From the NCBI RefSeq assembly GCF_011386835.1, contig NC_088806.1, forward strand, positions 30,504,001 through 30,568,000: DNA of 64,000 nt. Reading direction: 5' to 3'. The notes under the pieces are model-generated. The model made no database searches. It saw only the letters and a program-made list of their open reading frames with translations, and was not told the DNA's origin. Both the position numbers and the translations under genes were made by a program. Source of the stretch: Chrysemys picta bellii. Taxonomy: Eukaryota. This document shows, piece after piece, positions 22,057-60,085 of the stretch; position 1 is the stretch's first letter, and each line of letters opens with the position of its first letter.

Positions 22057-24161
22057 CTAGTTGGCCTGGGCCATGTTCTTTTGGAGGTTGTCCAGCAGGG
22101 TCAGGAAGCGGGTCTTGAGGCCCTCAGCATAGGGGGTCAGGCGCTCCTTGAAATCCTGCACGAGGGGCGTGACCTTCTCTCGGAAGGCGGTGAGGTGCTG
22201 GATCACCTTGGCCTGGTACTCGGCAGCCTGGGGGATGCCCTTCTGCCGAATCTCCTGCAGCTTCTGGGTCAGCTTCTGACGCAGCTCGTCGCTGTAGGGG
22301 GTCAGGTTCTTGCGCAGCTCATCCACGTGCCCGCGCAGCCGGTCCCGGGCCTCCTCAGCCACGGGGGTCAGCTTCTGCTGCAGGGCCTCCACCTTCTGCT
22401 TGGTCATCTCCTTCAGCTCCTCGCCGATGGGGGCCAGTTTCTGGCGATAGGTCTCCAGCTCCTCTGTCCACTTCTTGTAGAACTGCTCCAGGAAGGGCTG
22501 GATCTTCTGTTTCACCTCCTCCATCTCCTTGGTCAGCTCCTGCTTCAGGGCCTCTGTGTCCTTCACCCACAGCCCCCAGGTCTCCTTGTAGTCCTCCTGC
22601 AGTTTCTGCGCCGCCACCGTCAGGGAGTCCAGGTTGTCAGACAGCTTCAGGCTGCAGGAGAAGACAAGGGGGCCGGGGTTACACACTGCTGCATGGCCTC
22701 TCTCCTGGCAAAGCCCAGGGAGGCCCTGGAGATGCAGCCTTGTTCCCAGAAGGGATGGGATGGTACAGCCGGCAGATGGGGACTAACTCCCACGCTCTAA
22801 TCCCAGCTCTAACACCGCCTCCTTCTGGCCAATCACCCCACCCCCGCAGTTTCAGAAGGGTTCAAACATTTTGGGTGCCCAGGGCCTCAGAGTGGCTGAC
22901 ACCCCAGCTCTGGGTCAAGTCAATGGTAGATTTAACCTCTTCCAAGCCTCAGTTTCCCCAGACAACCTGGGGACGACAAGGCTCACTCAGTTTTCTGGTG
23001 GTGGAAGGAGGGAGAGTGCTAGATCCACCGCAAAGGTGAGGGGTGTCACAGCTGTCAGCTGCTGTGCAGTGTGGGCCACTGGGCACCCCACCGTGACAGC
23101 AGGGACAAAGCCCTCCTTAGCTCCAGGGGAAGGGCTTTGTGGTCACCATTAGCTCCTGGGTCCTAGGGCCTGACACACAGTTGAGCAGTTCCCATTCCAA
23201 CCAGCAGAGGGCAGTGGCGCCATGTGGGGGGGTGGCTTCAGAACCGGGGGCCTCCCAGACTGCACATGTAGGGCCCAAGGCTATAGGGCCTGGTGCTTGA
23301 CCTCCTAACAGCCCGCTCCTCCCCAGAGTCAGCTACTTACTCAAGCTGTTTGCCAACTGCAGAGGTCTCAAACTGGGCAATGGCTTCCTTGCCACTGGCC
23401 TTGACGGTCTCCAGGTAGACCTGGACCATGTCCTTGAGGCGATCCAAGGGGGTCTGCGGGTCGTCATGCTGCCAGAAGTAGCGGGCCTGAGTCCCTGCAA
23501 GGAAAGCACAAGAGGGCTCAGGACCATCTCCCCAAGCCCCACTCCGGAGACACTCACCACCTCCTGCCCAGATCCGCCCCTGGGCCGGAGCTGGCCGCTG
23601 CTTGTGTTACCAGCCGCAGGCTGGGTGGACGGTGCCCGGCTGTCCCAGCCCCCTAGGCAGGAAGGGTTTCCTGGGGGAGCCTGGCTGGTTTTACACAGCT
23701 CTGGTTTGGAGAGGTTACAGGCTGGGTCCTGCAACAGGGGGCAGTGGGCTTACCTGGCCCAGCCAAGATTATAGCTCCGGAGCGCCTGGCTCCCAAACCT
23801 CTGCCCGCTGGCCCACCCTGCCCCCCTCTCTGACCCAAGCGTGCCCCATGCTCTCCCTGCTGCACATAGCTCGTCTCTGCTCCCTGGCCCAGACAGGTGC
23901 TGTTTTACAGCAGGGTAGTCTCCAAACCGCTTTTAGAGTCACTCTAGGCTGGATGCCTTCTGCAGAGGTTGCTTGGGCCTGGCCCCTTGCACAGCAAGAC
24001 ACACGGGCCTATCCAGGGCTCTGACTTCTGGGGCATCACATGCCCTGGGCTGAACACAGCTCCTGCGCCCTCCCTGCTCAGGGGTGTCTGGTTCGAGACT
24101 CGTGCTGGTTTCTGGCCCTACCTGTGAGGAACAACAGGGCGAGGATCACAGCGGATCTCAT
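22057..24161 (-). CDS. APOA1: Apolipoprotein A-I, complete, 262 aa
   Basis: Exons 24161-24122 (40 nt, [13 protein letters not shown]-), 23494-23341 (154 nt, [51 protein letters not shown]-), 22651-22057 (595 nt, [11 protein letters not shown]...[15 protein letters not shown]...NMAQAN*). Pro-peptide RYFWQH; 789 nt total. Confidence 0.97.
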
Positions 24162-24775
24162 CTTCGGCTGCGTCTCTCAACCTGGAGAAGGCAAAAGAGT
24201 TTGGGGCTCAAGTGAACAAATAGAAACTGCTTAACAGAGCGAGGAGATGCCAGTCGATGATTAATCACTGGAGGATGGTGACAATCTGGGACAAGCCTGG
24301 CTCCTTCTGCCATTATCCCCTCCCCCCCACTGTCCCCAGGGGAGAGCCACTTACCCACCTGGCATTGCCCCATTCTGCCCCTGCCCATTTAAAGCATCTC
24401 AGGGCTCTGCACCAGCCTGACTGGTGAGACCATGTAACAAAGGCCATTGGGTGCCTTTACAATGGGGCGAGCAAGCGCCCAGAGGGAGGCAATGGGCAGA
24501 TTAATGGGTCTAGGAGTCATGATCTTTTTGCTTCCCAGCCATGCTGCTGCGGATTTAGTTCTCCCAGGGTGGGGTGAGGATATCGCCTCCCCTCCATTAC
24601 CTCTCACAGCAGTTACACTCGAGGGCAGGTTTAACCTCCCAGGACAGAGGGAGGCTCCCAGCGCAGCAGGGCCGCACAGAGCAGCACCAATGCCCCAAAA
24701 CAGGGCAGGACTCCCCAGCTCTCACCAGGAACGGTTCCCAGCAAATCACACTCCTAGAAGGACTGAGGCGCTTAC

Positions 24776-25038
24776 CAGTTTCACTGCTTGCTGCTGCTGC
24801 TCCTCCTCGAGTGTGGCTTGTGCGTCCCCAATGCTGCTATTTATACCGGAGAGGGGATTTATCACGGAGATAAGCTCGGGAAAGCACTCCCAAGTTCTGA
24901 TTATGTGGCGCTTAGAGTTCAAGGATCGAACACATCCCCGCTGCGGACGGGCGCGATCAAGGAGCAACTGCCTGGGAGGAGAGGCCAGAACAAACAGGCT
25001 CCTGCAGCGGGAGCCTCCAGACCAGCTAGGCTGTTTAC
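24776..25038 (-). promoter_or_regulatory. APOA1: APOA1 non-coding exon 1 (~24815-24776), TATA and proximal hepatic elements
   Basis: Donor CTG|GTAAGC at 24776; TATAAATA 24838-24845; site-C-like GATCCTTGAACTCTAAG 24911-24927; forkhead-like AACAAACA 24989-24996 and TGTTTAC 25032-25038. Confidence 0.8.
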
Positions 25039-26337
25039 ACTTTGGCTGACCCAGATTTTCCACCAGCCACATTGGGACCCCTCCCTACCCCCAGTCCTTC
25101 AGAAGCCCCTGAGATTCGATGGGAGCCAGTGGGCAAGGTTTGCATCCTCAGGACACCTCAGGCCCCCGCCTGTTTCTTTTGAAACAATTAAACGTGCACT
25201 AGCCACCACTTACACCCTCCCCCCCCCCCAGCCCTAAAGTAACCACTCGCAGGTTGCCTCGTGTGCCCAGCGCAGGCCAGGCCAGCGCTCAGGCAAATGG
25301 GAACCTGCCAGGCAGATAGCGCTGAGTCCTGTGGTGCTGTGTGCCATGGGGGGCATAGGATCACTGCAATGGAGGTGGGGCTCAAAGTCTGCAATACCAA
25401 ACGCTCTGGCCTCCCAGTACCCTGCCACGGCCTCTGACAAACTCCCTCAATTCCCAGGCTCAGCCCTGAGGACGACCTCCAAGGCCGAGACTATCCTAAG
25501 CCAAGCCACCTACCTAAGCAATGCCCTGAGGAACAGGGGGCTCGCCCCATAGCACTTCCCCTCTGGCCTGTATGGGGCCAGGGGAAGAGAGCTCAGGCCA
25601 GGGAATCAACTTCTTTTTCTGGCCATTTAAATGGACAGGACTCTTCACAGCCATCGCAGGAGGCAGCCCTTCGCTGCCGCCCACCCTGTGGAGTGTCTCA
25701 TGGGTGGCACAACCCAGCGTTCAACTGGCTGCAGGCCGTGTGGTGTGAAGGGGGGATTAGATTGGCCCTGGGCAGCGACCTGGCAATTGGTGCAATCTGG
25801 TCCATTGCACGGGAAACGATTTGCTCTTTGCAGACATGGGCGTGAGCTGCTGGGATAATTCAGCAGCAGAGAATTCACCCCAACTGCACCCAGGGGATCC
25901 GATCATGGGGCCAGCCAGGGCTCCTGCTGAAAGACGCCACATGCTCTGGATTTACTGCACCAGTTGCTTCATTATCACACGTGGCTGGTCCAGCCGGCTC
26001 CCGTCTTTCTGGCCTGGCTCAAAGAGAGAAACGGCACCGGGATGGGGCGGATCTGGGGCACTCAGGGCAGGAGCTGCCCCAGACAGAGAATGAACAGGCA
26101 CTACCAGAAGCCAGGGAGCTTCTTAAGTGAGGTCTGTGCTACCTTTAAAAACAATTGGCTGCATGTGGATGCACAATGAAGTCGATCCATTGATAGTCAG
26201 TGTATTAAAGGTCATCTAGCCTAGGGAAGTGCTTGTCCATTTGGAAAGAACGGGCAAAGACCTCAAAGACCTTCCCACCCCCTGCCACTTCCCTACACCC
26301 AGCCCCTGACCACGCACCTTCCAGCCATGTGTTAGTA

Positions 26338-26450
26338 CAGTGGTTTCCAACCTTTTTTCATTTGCAGACCCCTAACAAATGTTGAATGGAGGTGAGGAGC
26401 CCTTTGGAAATCTCAGGCATAGTCTGTGGACCAAAGGCTGAAAACCGCTG
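26338..26450. mobile_element. hAT-family MITE, 113 bp
   Basis: TIRs CAGTGGTTTCCAACCTT / AAGGCTGAAAACCGCTG; perfect 8-bp TSD TGTTAGTA at 26330-26337 and 26451-26458. Confidence 0.88.
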
Positions 26451-26756
26451 TGTTAGTAAGTTTCATCCTGAGGCGTTCAGCTCAGGTGGCGCTCAGCAGG
26501 TCGAGGGAGTCTGTTTCCACATGTTATGCAGGAGCCCCCATTCTGTCTATTTCAGCTTTGGAAAGTCAGGAGATCACCACAAGGGAGATTTCATATGGCA
26601 GGTTGGATAACAGACAAACATGCAGCAACTGGCGAGCAGCCAACCCTGGCACACTGCAGGGACGCTATTCAGAGAATCCAAGTTGGGCTGGCTTCTCCTT
26701 TGCATCAGATATTGAGCAACACCACAAACAAGAGATCACAAGATCATAATCATGAT

Positions 26757-26762
26757 TTTATT
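26757..26762 (-). terminator. SIK3: Probable distal SIK3 polyadenylation signal AATAAA
   Basis: TTTATT at the end of the AT-rich 3' UTR block; a more proximal AATAAA also occurs near 27490. Confidence 0.6.
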
Positions 26763-27855
26763 TGTCATGATCCCACTGTCCAACTAAGTTACTAGTTGCA
26801 AGTGACCCACAAAAAATGGACTAAAGATTTACTGAAAGTTGTTTGTTTTTAGTCCAGCATAAACGAGGAAGAAAAAAAATACTTCGGACATTTCCAAAAA
26901 ACAGAAATAATAGCAAAGTATATTAATATACATTCAACATATACTGCGCGTATTGATTACTACAATACAAAGCAATGATAAAAAAGTGTGATACTGCGAA
27001 ATGGCACGGTTAAGCAAGTCCCTGCTTTTCTTTTGGATGGCGACTGTCGGGCGACTGTCAACTCTCCCAGAAATACAATGTCATGTAAACAAAAGGAAAA
27101 CAAATCAAAGATACAGAACAATGTCAAAAAGCCTTTCAGTGTTTCTTGGTACCTTCTCACTGAAGTCCGGCAAGCCCTGTCTGGGTCCCCCACCCCCACC
27201 CCAACACACACTGTCTATTTTACATGTTAAAGAAAATGTAACTTGACAACTACACACCAATAAAACCAGAGTGACATTAGGCTTTCTAGAAACATTGAGC
27301 TGGGAGGTATGTTTGTCAGTTGCAGATTTCTTCTCTCCCCTCCCCTCTCCTTTTCTTCTCATTGCAGGTCCATTGATGACAATTGCCAGGGGGGGCTTTG
27401 GGGAAGAGATGGTGATAGCAAATTAACCTTTGCCATGCTGGTCTCACACTTCCTTCTGTGCAAATTCAGAGGGTTGGATTGATTTTTCCTTTATTTAAAA
27501 AAAAAAATTCCAAAAAAGTGTCAATAATAGGAATTTTCAGTTGTAGCTTTTAAAGTTCCAAAGGCAATGATGACACAAAATCCTCCCTTAGCCCCAACCA
27601 CTGGAGGGGGCATTGGTTTCTATCAGTCAAGGAAAGAAATTAAAACGAATGAGAAAGAAGAGATCTATGCACATCTGAATTTGTATAAAGGAGAACACCA
27701 CTTCTGCCACTGGCACAAGAGAAAAAACCAGTCACAATTACAATGTCATTAAAAAGAAATAAAATACTTTGAACAAAAGGTGCAAGTCACAATTCAAATA
27801 GAACAGAATCTAGTTAAAAATTTCTCTCAAACAGAAATTCCTTTTGTCTTTTATT

Positions 27856-27898
27856 AATAATAATAATAATTATAATAATAATAAAAACAACAACAACA
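27856..27898. repeat. (AAT)n/(AAC)n microsatellite in SIK3 3' UTR
   Basis: aataataataataattataataataataaaaacaacaacaaca. Confidence 0.85.
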
Positions 27899-29700
27899 TT
27901 TACCATAAAACAATTCCTACATGATCAGGAGGAAAAGCTAGAAAAACAAAGAGAAACAACCTGTCTTCTTTACTTTAAACTGAGAGGTGGGGAACAAAAA
28001 ACAAAAAACAGATCGGTCGTACATGGGTTTGAAAGGAAAAGGTATTAAAAAAGGGGGGAGGGGGGAGGAAATGATCCTTTTAGCACAATGACCAAAAAAA
28101 AAAAAAAGAAAGGCAGACAAAGATGAGAGAGACAAAGTGCATTGCACCACTGCTGGGTGTTGGAAGAACCAGTGGGGTGGGGGACGTAATCGGACAGGGG
28201 TGGGTTGGACAGGCTAGCATTGTGGTAAGGGAGACTGAGTTGCTCTTGCCCCAGAGTAGCTCTGGGCCCTACCATCAGTTCAGATGCAAAGGATATGGAA
28301 ATAAAACTACAGCGTGGCCTTCTTCTGCCCTTGGGGCTGGGCTTGTGGGGCGTGGTGTGCGCTGGAACCCTGGAAAAACGACTCTGGTTTTGGACTTGGT
28401 TTTCAGGAGCTCTGCTTATTGCTTGCCAAAGGACAGAGCTTCAAATTCCCTCCCTGCCCCTTGCTTCCCCTATTCAGGCAGGCTCCAGGAAGGCATGGGT
28501 CCCATGCTCTCCTACTTGTCCCCAGAAAAAGAGGATGTTGGACAGGCCTTAAGAGCGGCGTTGGATGAAGGGGAGAACACCTGAGTCTGCACCATCCGTG
28601 ATTGCCTGGCCCTTCGCATTTAAAACCCCCTCCAAACCAAATGCAAAACTCAAGTTCCATCAATCCTTTCACACAGGGTGTAGGACTCAGGTTTTCTGGT
28701 TAGCTCTAGGATAGCTGAAGTTACAGGCAAATATGGCAGAAACGAAAGAAACCAAAGGAACGACACACTGAGGAACTGATTATGAGGAAAGGAGCCACGA
28801 TATTTCAGTGAGAAATACTATGGCGATTTGGCGCAATGCTGCTAGATACTGTTGGTTTAAAATGGACCTTTTCATTTCAAAGCTGTACACAAAACCTGGA
28901 AGAGAGAGAGGAGATGGAGGGGTGTTAAAGGCCAGGACAAGAGACAGACATTTCTCCTTAAACATCCCTCTGCCCACCCCTTGCTCCAGCCTGACCCGGC
29001 CAGCTACATGCCCCGAGCGCTCATGCTGCCAATGCCACGAGAGGCTTGAAAGAAAAGGGAAACGTGCACAAGGAGGGGCTGCGCGCCCCATGGAGGTGTG
29101 CCCACTGCTCCATGCAGCTAACAGGATCACGGCAGATCGACACACGACCATCTGGACGTGCCGTGTCCTTCCACCAACAGCAGCAGCGGCTCCTGAAAGC
29201 TGCCCCTCCACAGAAAGGGGACGAGCTGAACAGACAGGCCTGAGTCACTGTCCAGCTGTTCAGAGCTGCCTCCTGGCAACCCCAGTGCAGAGCCCACTCT
29301 CCCCACACATCCCAGTACAGACGGAAGATATTGCTGCATGTGCTTGTTCTTGCACAAATGACCGAGGCCTTCCCTCACCAATGCCAGTGCTCCCACCCAG
29401 AGACTACACAAAGCAGAAGTGCCGAGTGGCCACTGAAGGTCACCAACAGCAAGTCTGTGAGGGTGGCACTGTCAGCAGTGCAAACGACTGACCTCTGGAA
29501 GCTCGGCAATGACATCCTCTATCTTAAACTTCATTCTCAGACCCACAGCCTGGGGGGGGGGGGGGGGGCGGAGTAGGGCAAGGAGTTGTCTAGGGATATC
29601 TAGCCCCTGGGCTGCTGGTACTGGATATCTACCCTAGAGGCAGAAAAGGGAAGATCTTAACTTACAGAAACAACAGAAAAATACTCACTCCCTCCTCCTG

Positions 29701-55492
<25,792 letters not shown>

Positions 55493-55977
55493 TCATTGAC
55501 AAACATGCCTTGGGTCAGGCCTGATTCAGTCATGGACACAAGTGTGGGATTAAATTCCAGACATTTGTTGTCGGAGTTTAGCATCTACAAGGACTAGGCA
55601 CACGCTCCGCCCAAAGCAAAATTAAAACAAGATCTCCAGCTCAGCATAGTTAAAGGGACCCCATGCCGCACTGTGCAACAATAGCCCTCAGTCCTCAGCT
55701 GACCAGAAGTTAGTGACTGCAAGAGGTTTTGCAAGGCACAAGGGCAGAAAGACCCCAACGCCCAAGGGTCATCAATGGCTTCTGCCACTCAAGAGCATTG
55801 ATTTTCTTTTCATTATGGTGATGTGCAAGACAATGTTGGTGCAGACCCTGGGTTAGTACAGCAAAAATCAACTTTCGAAGTCTGTGGTAACATTTTCATT
55901 GGATTTCGGTTTTGCAGAAGCTTGCTTTGAAAGCATTGATATTTGGGGCCAAATCTGTCTGTCTGTCTGTAGATCTT

Positions 55978-56102
55978 TAGACCTGAAGAGCTCTGTGTAA
56001 GCGCAAAAGCTTGTGTCTCTCACTAACAAATAGTTGGTCCAATTATCTCACCACCTTGTCTCTCAAATATCCTGAGACCACCCGGCTACACCACCACTGC
56101 AT
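55978..56102. mobile_element. Second-family Penelope-like terminal remnant with degenerate hammerhead
   Basis: agacctgaagagctctgtgtaagcgcaaaagcttg...ctcactaacaaatagttggtccaa...ccaccttgtctctcaaatatcctgagacc...cggctacaccaccactgca. Confidence 0.7.
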
Positions 56103-57399
56103 ATATACCTTTAATTCAGTATACTTCCCCCCTATAAACCACCCAATACCAAAGTCCAGTTTTTGAATGAAAGATGAACTCACTCTCATCCAACAAGCAA
56201 CCATCAGAATCAACCCTGTGATGTTTGTTACAGCCTGTAGGTGGCACACGTCTACTCTCCACCTACTTGTTTACTCTGGCAATGCAATACGGCCCATATT
56301 TCAGGGTTGAAGGGCAAACCACAATCACCATCTAACAGGCTGCCAAGGCAGGATTACCAAATGCAGGCTTAATGCAGGAAAACACATTTCCCCAACTTCC
56401 TTACAATAACAAGCACCACCACACCTGACCTAAGCTTACACCACGTAAACTGATGACAAGTTCAACCTGAAGCCAGAGAAAGTGTCTTATTTTCAAATTA
56501 AGTTTTCCATTAAAGCATGCTATAAAGTATGAGCTGGAGTCTCCCCCAGTAAAGATGGAGGCTTGTCTGTAGTTAACAACAAATTATACATTTTCATGAA
56601 CATTATTTTTCCTATTTACAACACAAGGATCTCTTAAAAAAAACCGAACGAACACAGTATAAAATTAAGATGCAAATTCACAGTGCAGATGTTTTAAAAA
56701 AAAACATCAAACTGGTTCAATAAATTAAGTGGCAATTTAGATGTGAAGGAATAAAACACAAGTTGTTCCTTTCACATCAGGCCTAGCCATAAGCTGCTTA
56801 GTTTTTAAATACTGACTCTTTCTTATCTCAGCCATTAAAAATGCCCAAGCACCACACTGAATTCCCCTTGTGCAGCCACTGCCAACTGCAGCAGCTACCG
56901 CTCACACCACTTATCTAGCTCGCACATTTGCCAACTGAGCCTTCAGAGCAAGAAAAACCTCAACGTATTTCAGTGAAAGAAGATACACAGGGATCATTTT
57001 CCATGGAGACTGCAAGGCACCAGCCCTTCGACAGCAGAAGTATGAAGTTATGAATGAATCCAGGGGTGGAAGGGCGTGGTGTTACTGTGTCTCATCTCTA
57101 AGTGAGGAGCATTGTGGCTGTCCCAGAGGTTGGACAGATCTAGGAGTGCTTTAGATGCTCTACACATTTTAGTACAACATTTCTGCCTCAGTGGAAGTAT
57201 TCAATTTCTTTCACTGAAGTCTCAAGGACTCAGGATGGAAGCATAGCAGTTAACAGCTAAGCCAAGTGACTGCACATCACAGGGCACATACAGGGCAAGG
57301 AGTGATCAGCACATCAGGAGATAAGGTGGGTTTTCATGTGGTTGATGCATGCCAGTTGTCCCATGGTACCCAAACCAGTTTGCCTAGGGGTCTGTTCCC

Positions 57400-57560
57400 A
57401 AGTCTGCTACTGACTCTGCCCGGGCAAGTCACCACAGCTGTCTGGGCCGGTCTCCTCGTGTGTAAAATGGAGAGGACATCCCCTCCTTTGTAAAGCACTT
57501 TGTGAGGAAGACTGCTATTGAAATGCTAGGAATTACTGCTATATTACCATTGTTCTAAGA
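57400..57560 (+). mobile_element. MIR-like SINE (core and tail)
   Basis: ctgctactgactc...ggcaagtcac...ctcgtgtgtaaaatggag...tttgtaaagcactttg. Confidence 0.65.
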
Positions 57561-57679
57561 ATCCCTAAGGCACACAGAGCTTCTACAGCTTGTGAGCACA
57601 ACGGAGGGGGACAGAAAAGGACAGGAGGAGCCTTACTTCTGCCTTTGGACAACATACAAGTGCAAGAGGACATTCAATG

Positions 57680-58075
57680 AAGATGAAAAACAAGCCATTT
57701 AAAACTGATAAAATAATGTTTTACAGAATCCATAATTAACCTGTGGCATTCTCTGCCTCGAGGTATCAAAGCTGAGGATCTTGGGATGATTTACAATAAA
57801 GGATTAGGCATTTATAAGGACAATGGGAACACCTGGGATAAGAGAGAACATATTTTTAAAGGGAAAGAAACCCTCATTCCTTAGGGCCTGAGCCACTGTG
57901 TAACGAAGGTTAGGAAAAAGCTGCCTCTGTGAGCAAGTTATTCCATCACTGCCCCCTTGGGAGTTTCTTGCACCATCTTTAAAATCAGCTGGTGCTAGTC
58001 ACTGTTCGATACAGGATGCTAGAAGGGATGGACCTTGTCTGATCTAGTCTTGCAAGTCTAGACCCAAGTATCTTC
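57680..58075 (+). mobile_element. Old CR1-type LINE 3' fragment
   Basis: atttaaaactgataaaa...cataattaacctgtggcattctctgcc...aaaggattaggcatttat...gatacaggatgctaga.gggatggacc.tgtctgatctagt. Boundaries approximate. Confidence 0.6.
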
Positions 58076-59959
58076 CCATGATACACTTTTTACAGCTTTG
58101 GTGGGTTTAAAGAGAATTTGTATCTGAATGGGGCTTTGTTGGAGTTTAATAGAGACACAAACGGGCATTCCACAGACACGAAACGAATGAAACTGAAAAA
58201 GCAGCCAAGGGCAGCGCAGTCACCACTGCCATCCGCATTACAAGACCTTGCAAATACAGCCATCATGGGACTGTTCCCAGGAGAACTCCTAGGACTCCTA
58301 AAGCAAGGCACCGAGAAGAGGCAGAGGGTGAAATTAACTCTCTTTAAACCCTTCATTGTCAAACCTAATAGGAGACAGCTGGTGTGGCTGAACTGTCGCT
58401 TCAAGTGTTGCAGGCTGAGGGCAGAGAATGCCATGAATTCTTCATGGTCACATGAAGTTGCACAGTGCTTAGCAAAAGCACAAGGCACTTGTTAACCAGG
58501 AGGCTCAGAAGGGATCTGCTGGAGAGAGAGAAACCAGGGCAGTTTAAGCACCTGTAAAGCAATCCTAGCTACACACAGCTCTTCAGCCACTTCTGTTCTC
58601 CTACTCCTGGAGCTGCTCAACATGCCTTTTCAAATGGCTCAGCCCACCCCTCCAGGCATTCCCGCCCTCCCCCTTCCTGCAATGTGTCACTCATGAGCTA
58701 AGACTTCAAAGACGGCCTCAGTCTGGAGAAAGCCCAGAAGGAAGAGGAAATAAAGCCTCTATTAAATCTCTAGAACATCTGCTTCTGGCAAAGGGGTTTA
58801 TTTTTCATGAAACGAAAACACTGAAACAACATTAAGGCTCTAACTTAAATCAACCAGAGCAAGGACATGTAGTTAAGGGTGCCACTCTGTCCCTTCCTCG
58901 CCCAGCTGTGCACTGCAAAGATCTCAGACCATCAGATGCTCCTACATCTGACATAAAAGTGGCTTTGCACTTTCCTTTATGTCACTCCCTATGCAAGAGC
59001 CAGGTTTCTTTCCCAAATCCACATCTTTGGTGAACCCTCCCTACAGAGGTCCCTTGACTGACTAGCTCTCCATGGCATCTTGCCTTGGCAGTGATATCCC
59101 ATGCATCATTCCTGGATTAGACTAATTTCTCTGCCTTCCCTTGTTTTTGTGACATACCATGTAAGTGGGCCACAAGGAATAACTGAAGAAGTCATTGATT
59201 AGTACATACCAATGAATCAAGAGCTTGTGTGGGGTGGGGTGGGGGATATAAACGACAGTGACCTTTAGAATTCACTGGTTTATCTTTGGTTTGGTGGCAG
59301 TTAAGCTCTGGAAACTCAAAGCTTCAGGCTGGGAAGCCTCAGCTTTAGTAGGCAAGCTAAGCTGTATGGGACACAGAGACCAGACAGGCTTCTTGTGACT
59401 CTCCATCCTGCAGAGATATTGCACCAGAACAGGGAGAAGGGTCTTTTGTTTAAGAGAATTAATGAGAAAGCCATTCACATAGAGCTAAGATCAACGGCTT
59501 CCCTGCCTCCAGCCACAGGCTCTTCAGAGCACAACTCCAGTGTATTATGGCTTAAGAACCTAGCAGAAAACTTCTTTAGGAAACCAACCTAAACAAAGGA
59601 AGGTACCATAATCATCTGTGGCTGTTGGATTAACCCAGGGACTCTGACTTCCCAAAGGGGTTGCTGTGCTCCTGTTCTCTGCCACAATTACTTTGGATGT
59701 GACAGCTGCTATCTTGACATTGGAAAGTTGCAAGCCACACCACTTTGCAAAACTGGCTTGGGAGATCACAATATACTAGGAGACAGATATTAAATGCTAT
59801 GCCAATTAATCCCCCTCATCATCTAGCCTGAAGCCCTGAAAGGAATTGAACTAGGCCCAGCACATCGAAGATGGGCCTTTTGACTGGCTTCTGTTTCAGT
59901 CTCTAACACACAGCTCTGTTCTTGATTAACTGAACTCAGGGCTGAGTGGTATCTCCACA

Positions 59960-60085
59960 CATAGAATCATAGAATATCAGGGTTGGAAGGGACCTCAGGA
60001 GGTATCTAGTCCAACCCCCTGCTCAAAGCAGGACCAATTCCCAACTAAATCATCCCAGCCAGGGCTTTGTCAAGCCAGGCCTTAG
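59960..60085 (-). mobile_element. Young 5'-truncated CR1 3' end
   Basis: (CATAGAAT)x2 tail then atcagggttggaagggacctcaggaggtatctagtccaaccccctgctcaaagcaggacca...gggctttgtcaagcc; appears little diverged. Confidence 0.9.

Larger units (their letters stand above)
26740..28895 (-). other. SIK3: SIK3 terminal exon, entirely 3' UTR (~2.15 kb)
   Basis: Acceptor CTCTCTCTCTTCCAG|GTTTTGTGTACAGC at 28896/28895; AU-rich; sequence start resembles my recollection of the human SIK3 UTR. 3' end approximate. Confidence 0.7.

Noticed and set aside
22015-22800. 261-aa + strand ORF
   Set aside because: Antisense shadow of APOA1 exon 4.
28808-29491. 227-aa + strand ORF across the SIK3 last intron
   Set aside because: No recognisable family; antisense to UTR and intron; composition looks random.
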